Notes: a model not told the origin generated them from the sequence alone. DNA of 64,000 nucleotides from Prasinococcaceae sp. CCMP 1430 (GCA_013416795.1 RQSC01000005.1:388733-452732), one strand, 5' to 3'. Counted from the first letter of the stretch, positions 1 to 12,445 are shown. Translations and numbers: made by a program.

Positions 1-381
1 ACAGTCACGTACAACAACATCAAGTTCCAGGTGTGGGATCTCGGTGGGCAGACGAGCATCCGCCCGTACTGGCGCTGCTACTTCCCAAACACGCAGGCGA
101 TCATCTATGTGGTGGACTCGAGCGATGTGGAACGTATCTCCTTCTCTCGCCAAGAATTCCACGCAATCCTGGAGGAGGAGGAGCTCAAGGACGCCGCGAT
201 CTTGGTGTACGCCAACAAGCAGGACCTGCCTGGCGCGCTCGATGCGGCGGCTGTGTCAGAGGGCCTGGGCCTGTCGTCCATCAAGAACAGGCAATGGTCT
301 ATCTTCCGCGCGAGTGCCATCAAGGGCGAGGGCCTTTTCGAGGGGTTGGAATGGCTGAGCAATGTTCTCAAGGCGCGGTGA
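1..381 (+). CDS. ARL1: ADP-ribosylation factor-like protein 1 (Arf family GTPase), 5'-truncated by window edge
   Basis: KFQVWDLGGQTSIRPYWRCYF, YVVDSSD, VYANKQDLPGA and SAIKGEGLFEGLEWL are typical of ARL1; frame open from base 1 to TGA at 381. Confidence 0.9.
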   Translation, partial: TVTYNNIKFQVWDLGGQTSIRPYWRCYFPNTQAIIYVVDSSDVERISFSRQEFHAILEEEELKDAAILVYANKQDLPGALDAAAVSEGLGLSSIKNRQWSIFRASAIKGEGLFEGLEWLSNVLKAR

Positions 382-783
382 GAGGGAGGGCCGCGCATGC
401 TCAGACGTCGCCGGTGGGAGAATGCCTGCCCAGGGCGCAATGCAGCGGTGGCTGCTGCGCGCAATAAGGGGGTGGGGGTGGTAGAGGGTTGTGATCGCGC
501 GTCCCGCCCGCCTCCCGCGCTGTGCAGATGTTACCAGTGATGCAAAGAGCACGATTCTCGCAGTCATGGCATGCCGCCCCAGCCCGTCAGACGGGGCGCT
601 CGTTCTGTCGAGCGCGCACCCGCTTGGCTCGAGTCGAGGTCGGCGTTGAGCATGTCAGATCGGCCATATTACAGGGATTGAGCGGACGCGGGCCATCGCA
701 GCGGCTGTCTAACGCCGCGCGGTCGACCCTGCGTTCGCACTCGCGGCTCGCGCACGGTACAAGCAAGCGCCCCTCGCGCGTGC

Positions 784-1410
784 TCACCACGCGCGCGCGC
801 CGCCGGCGCTCGCCCCGCCCGCGTCCTCAGTGTAGCCGAAGGTGGCCATGTCCTTGGTGAGCACGTTGAGCGTGACCTTCGCGGTGCCGGTGGACTTGAC
901 GCGAGTGACTTCTCTGCCGTCGCCGCGCGCGGGGAACTTGATGTCGGTGAATTCGGCGGGCGTTCCGGCAAGCCAGCTCGTGAACTGCTGCAGGGCGCTC
1001 GCGCTGAGCGGCCTGTACAGGTGGATCGTGCGCTCGTAGCGGCCGGCCGCCGCGGGCAGGTGCACGCAGCCGTAGCCCTTGATGACGTCCCTACCAAGCG
1101 AGTCAACCTCGAACACCGACACCACCAGCTGCGGCCATCCGAACGCGTTCGTCGACTTGTAGGTCACGTCGAGGGGGAAGTTCCACACGAGCGCTCCGTC
1201 AGCGGCGCCGCCCTTGCGCGTGATCTGTGTAATGCCGTCCTCCATGCCGTCAACGACCGACCAGTCCTCGCCGTGCACCAGCAGGTACTTGCAGTAAGCA
1301 TTGTTGGCCTCGGGGATGTCCGCGCTCTCCAGCTGTCCGCTCGCCATGACCAAGAAGTACGACGCGTCGCCGCCCGTTGGCGGCTGCGTGCCGCCCGCTG
1401 CCGGCGCCAT
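784..1410 (-). CDS. B9D1: B9 domain-containing protein 1 (ciliary transition zone, MKS module)
   Basis: LVWNFPLDVTYKSTNAFGWPQLVVSV, GRDVIKGYG and REVTRVKSTG match B9D1/MKSR1; ATG at 1410 in frame. Confidence 0.88.
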   Translation of the reverse strand: MAPAAGGTQPPTGGDASYFLVMASGQLESADIPEANNAYCKYLLVHGEDWSVVDGMEDGITQITRKGGAADGALVWNFPLDVTYKSTNAFGWPQLVVSVFEVDSLGRDVIKGYGCVHLPAAAGRYERTIHLYRPLSASALQQFTSWLAGTPAEFTDIKFPARGDGREVTRVKSTGTAKVTLNVLTKDMATFGYTEDAGGASAGGARAW

Positions 1411-1767
1411 CGCGCCACTCTGCGCCACGCACGCGCGCGCGCCGCCTCCTCTCCGCCCCCGCCCCAGATGCTGCGCGCGCGCGGGCGTTCGCGCGNNNNN
1501 NNNNNNNNNNNNNNNNNNNNNNNNNNNNNNNNNNNNNNNNNNNNNNNNNNNNNNNNNNNNNNNNNNNNNNNNNNNNNNNNNNNNNNNNNNNNNNNNNNNN
1601 NNNNNNNNNNNNNNNNNNNNNNNNNNNNNNNNNNNNNNNNNNNNNNNNNNNNNNNNNNNNNNNNNNNNNNNNNNNNNNNGAAAAAAAAAAAAAAAGAGGG
1701 GATGGGCGCTATGCTTTGCCGGAGGCACCTGCCCTGAGCGCTCCGAACCCCTCGCCGACGGCGCCAG

Positions 1768-4110
1768 GACGACAAGGCGGTCACGCGCTGGGGGGGCGAC
1801 CTGTCACCGGCGGGCCGCGTGCTGGTGCCAGAGGCGCTGGATGCGCACGTCACGTCGTTGCACTGGCTGCCGGGCGCGGCGCGCGGCGGCAGGGGCGGCG
1901 GTGCAGGCGGGGCGGGTGGCAATGACGCGTTCGCGCTCGGGTCGACCGATGGGAGGGTGAGGATAGTCTCGCGCGCAGGGCGCGTCGAGAAGACCGTCGA
2001 TGCGCACACGGGCGCGTGCGTGTGCGCGCGGTGGGCTCACGACGGCACGGCGGTCGCGACCGCCGGCGAGGACGGATTGGTCAAGGTGTGGTCGCGCTCG
2101 GGCATGCTCCGCTCGACGCTCGCAACGTTCGAGTCGCCCACGTACGCACTCGCGTGGGGGCCCAACTCGGACCACATCCTCATGACATGCGGCAAGGACC
2201 TGGTGATCAAGTCTATCCAGCCCAGCGCGCGGCAGACGCAGTGGCGTGCGCACGATGGCGTGGTGCTGGCCGTCGACTGGAGCGCAACCAACGGCCTCAT
2301 CGTGTCGGGCGCAGAGGGCGATGGCAAGTACAAAGTGTGGGACGCGTTCGGCAGGCTGATCTTCCAGAGCGCGCCGCAGGAGTACCCGTGCACGAGCGTG
2401 CGCTGGGCGCCTGACGGCGAGCTTTTCTGCGCAGGCACGTTCCGCTCGGTGCGCATTTGCAGCAAGGGGGGGTGGACCCACACCAAGGCCAAGCTGCCGC
2501 GCATGGGCTCGGTGCTATCCGCGGACTGGACGCAGGACGGCACCATGCTCGCGCTTGGCGGCGGCAGCGGCGCCGTGGCGTTCGGCGCTGTGGTGGGTTG
2601 GAAGGCCGAGTGGCGGGGATACACGGCGATCGTCGAGACGGCCACGCGCGTTGTCGTGGAGGATGCCAGTGCTGGTGGCACGCGAGACGAGCTGGATCTG
2701 GGTGACCGTGTGGTCAAGATGGCGCTCGGCCACGGTCACCTGGTGATCGCCACGACCTCGCAGTGCTGCATCTACCGCCTGACAAACCTCAACACGCCGC
2801 AGATGCTCGACCTGCAGGACACAGGTGCGTATGGGCGCCCTTAGCGCGCGCGAGGGGCTGTGCGCGCGCTCATGGCCATGCGGTGCGCCGTGTTTGCGAT
2901 CGCAGTCGCGCTGTTGCCGTTCCCACGCGCGCTGACGCCAGACCTTGCCGCGTGCGCGTTGATAGTCACGCTGCTGGCGACATGCGACGAGGGCTTCGCG
3001 ATGGTAGACCACGCGCATGGCATTCGCCTGTGCAGCTACGATGGCCGTCAGCTATGCAATCCGAAGTTCCAGGGGCTCAACCTTGGGCGTCTCAGCCAGT
3101 TCGCCATGTCGCTCTCGCCCGACCTCCTCGCCGTTATCGACTCGACAGATGGAAAGATGATCCGCCTATTCGATTCCAACACTGGCCGCGCGCTCGACAG
3201 CGTCGTCCAGCACACCATGGAGGTGACCGAGGTTGTGCTCTCGCAGCGCGGTTCGCTACCCACGCGTATGGTGGTCTTCCTCGATCGGAACCGTGACCTT
3301 TGGATTTGCAACGCGACCGAGCCCAAGCGCGTGCACAAGCTCGGCGGCATGGTTGATTCGGTGCAGTGGAGCGACGAGGTGGACATCCTGGGCGCAGTGG
3401 CGGACGGCAAGCTGGTGGTATGGTACTACCCTGCGGTCGTATTCGTCGACCGCGACTTGCTAAAGACGACAACGCATACGCGCGACGGCGCCGACCTCGG
3501 GCGTGCGCCGCAGCTGGCGTCGCTCAGCGGTTCGACATGCCGCGTGGCGTGCGGTGATGGCGCTTCACTATTGCTGGCGCTCAGCCCACACCCGCCCGCG
3601 CTGCACGAGCTCGTGCTGCGCCAGGAGTGGTCCAAGGCCACGCGACTGTGCCGTCAGGTCAAGGACCCGCAGCTGTGGGCGGCCCTCGCGGGCATGGCAA
3701 TGGCAGCAAAGCAGCTCACCGTGGCCGAAGCTGCCTACGCTGCGCTCGACGCCGTCGACAAGCTGCAGTACGTGTCGTCCATTAAGGACCTGCCCGGCGA
3801 GGAGGCGCGCACCGCCGAGCTGGCACTTTTCCGCCGCAGGCCGGACGAGGCCGAGGCCATCCTGCTGCAGGCTGGACTCACTTTCAGGGCCATCCATATG
3901 AACATCCGGCTGTTCCAGTGGGATCGTGCGCTGGAGCTAGCCGTGTCCAACAGGACGCACGTGGACACCGTGATGTGGTACCGTGCGGCCCACCTACGCG
4001 AGACACAACGGGAAGAGGTCTCAGAGAGGTTCCTGGAGCTAGCAGGGCAGGTGGACGTGGACGAGGCTGCCGTGCGTGCCAAGCTCGAGGCGGAGGGCAT
4101 TTCCACGTAG
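1768..4110 (+). CDS. IFT80: Intraflagellar transport protein 80 (WD40); first exon probably in the gap 1496-1679; intron 2825-2965
   Basis: TAGEDGLVKVWSRSGMLRSTL, WRAHDGVVLAVDWS, KYKVWDAFGR, LVVWYYP and LFQWDRALELAV...THVDTV. The GT at 2825 and AG at 2965 join DT-V-TLLATC in frame. Confidence 0.9.
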
Positions 4111-4258
4111 GGACAATCCCATGCGCGTTTGCGGCGATGGCGGGCGCGAGCACAATTGTAACCACTCCTCGCAATTGCATGCAGACGCACACAACCGACC
4201 CCTGGAGTTGTGTGAACGAGGTACTACCGTACTGGCGCTTTTTTTTAGGCAGGTGTGG

Positions 4259-5690
4259 TCAGTTGGACGAGATCGCGCCCAGCGCGTGTATGTGGAATCC
4301 TCGAACCTCGCCCTCGTCATCGGCATCGATGACGTGGTCGGCGCCGAAGGGCTCCATCCCCTCAGCGCGACGGTCCTCGCGGCGCACAAGCGCCTCCACC
4401 ACGCAGCTTGGTAGCGCGGCGTCGGTCGGACGGGAGTAGGCCTGTGGCATCGACGAGAGCGCGCGCGACCTGGGTAGGTGAATGACGCCCGGTAGGCGCG
4501 GCGAACCTTCCAGAAGCACCGTCGAGACCATGCCGGCGGCGTTCGCGAGCGGCGGGCTGGGCGAATCGAAGGCAGTCTGTTTGGGACGAAGGCTTCAGGG
4601 TCAGCACGCGCGTGTGACCGAGGTCAGTGATGCGGAAACAAGACGTTGAGCACGCCCGTACCTGCACGAACAGGCTTTTTAGCCTCGGTCCACCGCACTT
4701 CATCTCGCCGGGGTCGGCCGTTGCGAAACTCACGTGCGAGAAGACGAGATGCACCGCGGCCGCCGAGTACGGCGGCGACTCGTCCTGACGATGCCATACA
4801 CATGGGGTGAAGACCTCCACGAAAAGGCTCTTCTGTCCTGCGCGTGCGACGTCCACGCCCGGCTGCTGTGCGCCTCTCACGGCCGCGCTTGCTTGGGGGA
4901 GCGTGCCCTCCGTCAACGTAGACAGCAGCGCGCTCGCTGAGAGTAGCTCCTCCCTGCTATCTGCGAGCTTCTCGCCGAGCCCCTGCGAGCTGCAACAGCC
5001 TGTGCCAGCAGCGGCGGTGCTGAGGAAATCGCTATCGCTTTCACTGTCGCTCTCGTCGCTGTCGTGCGCGCCGAGCGCGAATCCGCGCTGTGTATTCTTG
5101 CGCGATGCCACGTATACCGCACCACAGGGCGATCCCAGGCGCAGGTGGCGCAGCGTCGGCAAGTCGGCAAGCGCAGCGAGCAGCTGTGCGTTGGTGCGCG
5201 CGGTCGGTGTGAACACGCGCGGCAACGGCTGGCCACCGCTCAGCGCGCGCACCAAGCTCCCACGCGCTAGGCGCAACCACTCGCCGCATCGCGGCAGCGA
5301 CAAACTGACCAGCGGGACGCGCGCGGCAGCGGCTGCGCGTGCCACCTCGTGTGCGCTCGCGTCCGCGCCCGTGAGGCTGAGCACTCGCAAGCCGCGTGCT
5401 TGGTGCAGCCGCGGCGCAAGTGCGGCGAGCTCGCGTCTTGTCACGCGCTCGCGCCCGCGAGGTTTGCGCCACTCGTCGACCTCAGCATCCAATATCGGGG
5501 TCGGCCCCACACTATCGCCCCGCGCCTCCGCGTCGTCGGACGTGTCTCGTTCGGCAGGAGCAGAGACGACGCCATGGAGCCATGAATCGTATGCCAGCAC
5601 TGCTGCGCTAGATACAAGCGCCGCCGCGGCTGCGCCACCGTCGCTCGACACGGTGGCAGTGAGAGCCGCGCCAGCCGCGCCGCTGCGGCC
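4259..5690 (-). CDS. Hypothetical protein with weak LRR-like segments; probably spliced
   Basis: 429-aa ORF with LRVLSL, LVSLSLPRC and LADLPTLRHLRLG segments and an acidic Ser/Asp tract, plus a second ORF at 4259-4531. No clear start. Confidence 0.4.
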
Positions 5691-5824
5691 GCGCCAAAGT
5701 GCTGCGGGGAGCCGCGCAGGTTGTAGCCACCTCCGGGGTCAGCTCAGCGCGCGTGCCTGCCCTTGCGCGTGCCCACCCGCCCGTGCGCCCGCTCAGCACG
5801 CACCTCCGCTGCTGCTGCCGCCCC

Positions 5825-7445
5825 ATGCCGCGGCGAGCCGGCCGGCGCCTCAACGGCACGTGCGGGGCCAAGTACTTCGAGCGGCTGCTCACGCGCTTCT
5901 CGGTGCCCGAGGAGCTCTTCGGCCCCGTGTCGCTGCGCGGCCTCGAGNCGCGTGGGCGGCCGCCGCGGCCGCGCGGCGCTGCCGCGAACCGCTGGATGGC
6001 GTGGCGGCGGCAGCGGCGCTGGCAATGGCGGCGGAGCACAGGGGAGATGCGGTGGAGGCGTACCAGCCCACCGTCACCGCGCTCACGTGCGTGGCGCGTG
6101 CGGGCGCGAGCGAATTGCGCACCTGGGCGCAAGCGCATGCATGCTGCAAGAGCGTGTGTGCACGCGCGCCGCGATGCACGCGAGGGGCAACGCGCGAGCA
6201 CGGGCGCACACGACCTCCGTGCGCATGCTATTCGGGCGGGAGCGCGGCAGGCGCCCGCCGGCCTCTGGCGCATGTGCGCGAACACGTTCGCTGACCCGCG
6301 CTGTGCCGACGCCGCGACTGGCTCTGCTCTCACCACGTTCCACGCGATCGCCACGCTCGACCCGCGTGCCCCCGCGTTCCGCAGGGTGCTCCAGTCGGAG
6401 TACCGCGAGTCGGACGATGCCGAGTGGCTGATGCCCGTGCTGCGCGCGCTTATGCTTCGCGCGCGGCACGCGGCGGCCGCCGCAGACCGCGTGCTTGCCG
6501 ATCGCGGTGGCAAAGCGGACAGGTCGGCCGACGTCGGTCAGGTGCTCATGCGCGTGTTCAGTGAAGGGCTCAAGCGCAAGCGGCGTGCCACACTGGCGAC
6601 CATGAACGAGCTCTTCAAGCTGTACTTCGCGCTGAACAAACACCACCTGTGCAAGCCGCTCATTCGCGCGCGCGATTCGCCGCACTTTCTCCCCTTCGCG
6701 AGCTTCCCCGTCGCACAGCGTGTGACGTACCTCTACTTCGTCGGGCGGCTCGCCGTAGCGAGCGAGCGGTACGCCGAGGCGGACGAGCACCTGGGCGAGG
6801 CCTACGCGCGCTGCCACCGCCGTGCGCTCTCAAATCTGCGCGCCATCCTCGAGTACTGGGTACCTGTGCGCCTGTTGCTTGGGCAGGTGCCGAGCGAGGA
6901 GGCACTGCGGCGGTACGGCCTCGTGCACTACGTGGGCATCGCGGCAGCGGTTAGGACGGGGGACGTCGCGAGGTGCGCTCGGGTGCGCGTGTCACGCGCG
7001 ATGGCATGCGAGGGGTGCTGCCGGCGCCCTCCTACTTACAGCGCGCAAGCTGACGCGGCTGCTGCGCGGGTCGCTCTTTCTCGTGCGCCTCATGCGCCGC
7101 AGGCTGGAGGAGGCGCTCGTGTGCCACCAGGCGCACTTCATCAAGGCGGGCACGTACATCATCGTGGAGCGGCTCAAGCTCTGCGCGTATCGCACCTTGT
7201 TTAAGAAGGTGCACCTGCTCGCCAAGGAGGATAACCCAGGCAAGGAGCACCAGATCAAGGTCGCCACCATGCTGGCGGCGCTCACGAGCCTCGGAGTGGA
7301 GACGGACTTGGACGAGGTGGAGTGCGTGCTGGCCAACCTCGTCTTCCGGAAGGCTGTGAGGGGGTACATCTCGCACTCACAGCGCGTGGTAGTGCTGAGC
7401 AAACAGAAGGCCTTCCCGTCGCTCAGCGAGATCTCTTGGGCGTAA
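5825..7445 (+). CDS. PCID2: PCI domain-containing protein 2 (THP1/EER5-like, TREX-2); intron 6973-7102; 5' structure uncertain (N at 5948)
   Basis: WLMPVL, MNELFKLYF..NKHHLCKPLIRA, VTYLYFVGR and EVECVLANLVFRKAVRGYISHSQRVVVLSKQKAFP. Confidence 0.85.
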
Positions 7446-7749
7446 GCACTACAATCTCTGGCGGTGCCTGCGTGCACGGAGGCGCGCGCGCTGCGCCCGC
7501 GAGCTGCGCGCGCGGCCGCTCGACAGGAGACATCTGACCGCACAAAAACATTCGTTGTTACCGACGCCGCCAGCACCAGGAGGCAGCGCGCTTCATTTGG
7601 TCGTTCTCGGTGTTGCCCGAATGCAGCGCTCCCGCGCGCAGCATCGGCGCGGCGGCCCCTAAACATACATCGCGTCGGCGCGGAGGCCCGCCCCCGCGAC
7701 TGGCGCGTGTGCGCTCGCCACATCCGAGACCGGGGCGCGCCTCCAGCGC

Positions 7750-8964
7750 TCAGATCAGGCCCTTGGCTTTCAAGAACGCCTTCGGGAGCATCGCAAACTT
7801 CTTTGCGCGCGGCACGTACGCGCGCTGCGAGAAGTTGTCGTAGTCGTTTTCCTCGATGGCGTCCAGGATGCCGCGGTAGATGATGAGCGCCGTCCACACC
7901 GGGAAACGGCTCTCGGGCGAGAGCGACGTGACGCTGTCCTCGGCCTCCTGGAAATACTTGCGCGCGCGCGCGATTTGGAACTTCATGAACTCGCGCCAGC
8001 GGTCGTCGACCTTGCCGGCGAACACGTCGTCCTCAGTGAGACCGAAGCGCGCGAGGTCGTCGAGCGGCACGTAGATGCGGCCGCGGCGCGAGTCCTCGCC
8101 GACGTCGCGCAGGATGTTGGTGAGCTGGTTGGCGATGCCCAGCGCCAGCGCGCCGGCGTACGTCTCCTCGTCGGTCTGTGTCTTGTCCTCGGCGAGGCCC
8201 ATCACTGGCGTCGACATCAGGCCCACCGTGCCCGCCACGCGGTAGCAGTACAGGTAGAGCTCGTCGAAGGTCTGGTAGCGCCACTTGTAGAGGTCCATGC
8301 GCATGCCCTCCACCATGTCGTAGAAGGGCTGGATGCCCAGCGGAAATTGCCGCACGGTATCCGACAGCGTGGCGTCGAGGATGTCGTACGGCTTCCCCGC
8401 AAAGATCTGCTCGAGGCGCACCTCCCAGCGGTCGAGCACCGTCGGGTTGACGCGCGGCGCGTTGGGCCCGTCGACGAGCTCGTCCGTGCGCCGGCACCAC
8501 AGGTAGATGGCCCAGATGGCCTTCTGCTGCGCGGGCGTCATCAGCTGCGTGCCAAGGTAGAACGTCTTGGCGTACGCCCCGGTGACCTCGCCGCACTTGG
8601 TGTAGGCCTGCTCCAGGCCGTCCTCGCTCACCTGCAGCGGCCCCGCGGCCTCGTCGACGCCCTGCAACATCGCGCACCGCACGCACTCCTTCTCGATGTC
8701 GGCGGCGGTCATGCCCTCGTACATGGTCTGCGTGTTGTTCGATTCGCGCGCGCGCTCGCGCACCGACGGGTCGAACGGCGCCGCCGACACCTTGGGCCCG
8801 TTCTTGGCGACCTTGGGCGCCGCCCCCGACTCCCCCGACGACGACGACTTCGTCTTGGTCGTCTGCGCCGCCACGCACACCGCGCGCCGCCGCGAGTGGC
8901 GCGCGACGACTGAGACCCCCCTGCTGCTCACGGCCGCCGTGCGGCGCGACATCGCCGCTGCCAT
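7750..8964 (-). CDS. PSY: Phytoene synthase, plastid-targeted
   Basis: [33 protein letters not shown] and [22 protein letters not shown]; Ala/Arg/Ser-rich transit peptide after ATG 8964. Confidence 0.97.
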   Translation of the reverse strand: MAAAMSRRTAAVSSRGVSVVARHSRRRAVCVAAQTTKTKSSSSGESGAAPKVAKNGPKVSAAPFDPSVRERARESNNTQTMYEGMTAADIEKECVRCAMLQGVDEAAGPLQVSEDGLEQAYTKCGEVTGAYAKTFYLGTQLMTPAQQKAIWAIYLWCRRTDELVDGPNAPRVNPTVLDRWEVRLEQIFAGKPYDILDATLSDTVRQFPLGIQPFYDMVEGMRMDLYKWRYQTFDELYLYCYRVAGTVGLMSTPVMGLAEDKTQTDEETYAGALALGIANQLTNILRDVGEDSRRGRIYVPLDDLARFGLTEDDVFAGKVDDRWREFMKFQIARARKYFQEAEDSVTSLSPESRFPVWTALIIYRGILDAIEENDYDNFSQRAYVPRAKKFAMLPKAFLKAKGLI

Positions 8965-10849
8965 GCCTGCGGCCCTTCGCCCTGCGCTCACGCGCGCCTG
9001 CGCGGCGCGGCCGCCTGCCGGGCGCTCCGAGCCCCTCCCGCCTCGNNNNNNNNNNNNNNNNNNNNNNNNNNNNNNNNNNNNNNNNNNNNNNNNNNNNNNN
9101 NNNNNNNNNNNNNNNNNNNNNNNNNNNNNNNNNNNNNNNNNNNNNNNNNNNNNNNNNNNNNNNNNNNNNNNNNNNNNNNNNNNNNNNNNNNNNNNNNNNN
9201 NNNNNNNNNNNNNNNNNNNNNNNNNNNNNNNNNNNNNNNNNNNNNNNNNNNNNNNNNNNNNNNNNNNNNNNNNNNNNNNNNNNNNNNNNNNNNNNNNNNN
9301 NNNNNNNNNNNNNNNNNNNNNNNNNNNNNNNNNNNNNNNNNNNNNNNNNNNNNNNNNNNNNNNNNNNNNNNNNGGCCGCGCGCGCGCGCGGGGCGGCGCC
9401 CCGCGCGCGGCCGCTTTCGAACCGCTCTCCCGCGATTTCGCGCGCGCCGTCTGACCTCTCATGGAGTGCTTCGAAGGAAAACGACGGAAAGGCGTCAAAT
9501 CGTCGGTGGGAATGGATGCTACCCACGGGCGAGTCATTTGAGGACGTGCGATGCGGTCTGTCGGGGCCCGCCGACGTGCGTTTTGGTGGGGCCGCGCGGC
9601 GGCGACTTTCGCGCGGCGCGAAAATCGCGCGGGCGCGCCGCGAAAAAGCGCGCGGCAGATCGCGCGGGGCCACCCGATCCTGTTTTTTCCCCTGTGGGCT
9701 TTCGGCTCGCCAACGTTGAGTTTTTTTTTTGGAGGGGGGGGAAGGTGGGCGCGCCGCAGAATCTGGTCCTGCGTCGCGGAGAATACCAAGTCAAATAGAA
9801 TCAATGCTCGAACACCGAAGGTGCATTTGGGTGGTGGGCTACCGCGAAAAGCCCCTCCCTCAAACGAGGCGCTGCGCTTAAAAAAAAAAAAAACACGGCC
9901 GCGGGCGGTGCGGGCGGAGCGGCCCTCGCGCGCGCGCCGCGCACGCGCTCCGCGCTCCGCACGCGGCCCCGCACGACAAACCCCCGAGCCAGACAGGGCC
10001 AGCCACAGACAGACGCACGGACGAGCCAGCCGACGGCCAGCCAGCGGCGCCCGCTCTAGGTCGGTCGGTCGCCTCCCTTCGATCGTCCGCCCGGTCACGC
10101 GACGCCCCACGGCCAGCCAGCAGCGCAGGAGTCGATGACGTGGGCGAATCTCCCGGCATCTCCGACCAGTCGGTCAGCGCGCGCACCGCCGCGATGTGAG
10201 GAGGCCGGCCCCGGGGCCGGCCTCGCCGTCGGTCGGTGGTCGGTCGGGGCCTCCCGCGGAGAGAGTGGCAGGGTGCGGCACCCGGCGTCAGCTCGGTCGG
10301 TCGGCGGTGTGCACCTCGCCGCACGTGCTGCGGGACAGCCTGGCCTGCCGCATGCGTGCGCGGTCTGACTGGCCGACGTCGCCCATCAATCAACCACAAC
10401 CCACCCACCAACCAACGCCTGCTGCACCTCGCACCGAATGTGGCGGCGCCCGTGGGATCTTCTGCACTTCGATCGGGATGTATGACCTCCGTTACGCTGG
10501 CTTTGTCGTGCGCGGGTCTGTTTTGTGTGCGGACGGAAGGGCGGAAAAAAAAAAACTCGGAAGTCGATCGATCGAAAGCGATGCTCCGATCGATCGGTGC
10601 TCCGATCGATTCGGCGGACGGCGGGATCTTTTCGTGCGGTGACTGCGGTTGGCAAGCTTGCTTCATTTTCCCCCATACATTCTCAGACGCCCATCGCGTT
10701 TGCGGAGGAGCGCTGCAACGTTCCGTCGTTTCGCCCCTTTCGCACGCATCGCAAGGCGGGTTTTCGCGCCATTCTAATTTCCCACTCGCTGCCATTTTTT
10801 TTTTAGTTTTTTTTGCCGCCGCCGCTTCTGCATCCCGCGGGGGTGGTTG

Positions 10850-10965
10850 TGTTGTGTGTGGGGCAGGGGGTGTGTCCGTGTGTGTGCCGGTGTGTGTGCC
10901 CGTATGTGTTTTTGTGTGTGTTTTTGTGTGTGTTTTTGTGTGTGTGTGCGTGCGTGCGTGTGTTT
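10850..10965. repeat. GT-rich microsatellite with repeated TGTGTTTTTGTG units
   Basis: Read directly, in the intergenic region between PSY and the mitochondrial carrier gene. Confidence 0.8.
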
Positions 10966-11143
10966 TCGTGAGGAGTTCGACCTGGCGTTGGGCGGCCAGC
11001 GCAAGGGTGAAAAAACGGCCGTTGGGGGCACCAAGACGCGAGGCTAAATTGAAATCCGTGTTTTTTTGTTGGGGGTTCGAATGTGATAGCAAATGTGCGG
11101 AATGAGGCGGTTTGGGCGTGGGGCGGAAGCGCGTTCAAACGGN

Positions 11144-12156
11144 CGCGCGGCGCTCGCGCGCGCGCTGGCGCTGGGGCGGGGGTGAGCGCGGCGGCGGCGG
11201 CGGTGTCCACCAAGCGGCAGAAGCACTGGGAGGGCCTGCTGGCATCCTCACTCGCGCCCATGCTCGCGGTGTGCGTCACGAACCCGGCCGAGGTCACCAA
11301 GGTTCGCCTGCAGATGTACGGCGAGCTGCAGCGGCAAGGCAAGATGTCGGGGCCGAAGCCGACGTACCTGGGCACGCTGGCGCGCACGCTGCGGACGCAG
11401 GGGATCGAGGGGCTGCAGGCCGGGCTGTCCATCGCCATCGTGCGCGAGGGCACCAAGAACATCTTTCGCATCGGCTGCTACGACCCCATCCTCGCGCAGA
11501 TCCACCCGGACGAGGACCCGAAGAGCGCCCCCGTGTGGAAACGCCTGGTCGCGGGCGCCACGAGCGGCACGGTGGCGGCCGTGTCTTGCAACCCGGTGGA
11601 CATCGTCAAGACGCGCATGCAGGGCAAGGGCGCGGGGGCGCGCGCCCTCGCTGGGAGGGGCAACTACTCCAGCGTTTTCGAGGCCATTCGGATGCTGCCT
11701 CGCGACGAGGGCGTTCGGGGCGCGTACGCAGGCGCTGAGGCGAGCGCCATGCGCTCGTCGATCAACACGGCCGTCAACCTTACCACGTACACCACGGTGA
11801 AGGAGTTCCTGGTGAGCTCCAAGCTGCTCGGCGCGTGGGAGGAGACCAGCTCCGTCGTGCATCTCAGCAGCGCGCTCGCGTCGGCGACTGCCGGATGCGC
11901 GGTCACGCACCCGCTCGACGTGATGCGCACTCGTCTGTACATGCAACCCAAGGATGCGCAGGGCAACGGAAAGCTCTACAAGGGGCTGATCGACTGCGCC
12001 CAGCAGGTGGCGCGCAAGGAGGGGCTGCGGGGCTTCTACAAGGGCTTCCAGGCGCACTTCATGCGCATCGGTCCGCACCTCGTGCTCACATTCTACATGC
12101 TCGAGCAGTTCAAGGGCGGCCTGCGGCAATGGGAGCCCTTCCGCGAGTGGGTGTGA
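11144..12156 (+). CDS. Mitochondrial carrier family protein (OAC1/SLC25A34-35-like); start uncertain (N at 11143)
   Basis: Three carrier repeats: NPAEVTKVRLQMYGEL, NPVDIVKTRMQ and HPLDVMRTRLYMQ; C-terminal GFYKGFQAHFMRIGPHLVLTF. Confidence 0.85.
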
Positions 12157-12445
12157 TCGCGGCGCTAAACTAATATTCGGCGGGGTCGACGCCGCGAGAA
12201 CTGCGCGCCCCTCCCGCGTGCTGCGTTCCCCGCGGCGTTGCGAGGGAGGCCGCGCCCCTGCGCCCCCGGGCGCGCGCGCAGCCCTGCCGCGCGGCGGCAG
12301 GCGGAGGCGAGGTATTTTTTGTCCAAATAATTTTGTTTCCAATTGTTTCCAAAAATCCCGGCGAAAAAGGACGTGGAGGCAGCGTGAGCGCGAGGGTGCC
12401 GACAGTGCCACTCGCGCCCGGCGGCGCGTCGCCCGCCCGCCGGCG

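Noticed and set aside
4807-6294. Many long overlapping Arg/Ala/Pro-rich ORFs here and throughout the window
   Set aside because: These are stop-poor alternative frames of very GC-rich DNA, or are read through N-gaps, with no family motifs.
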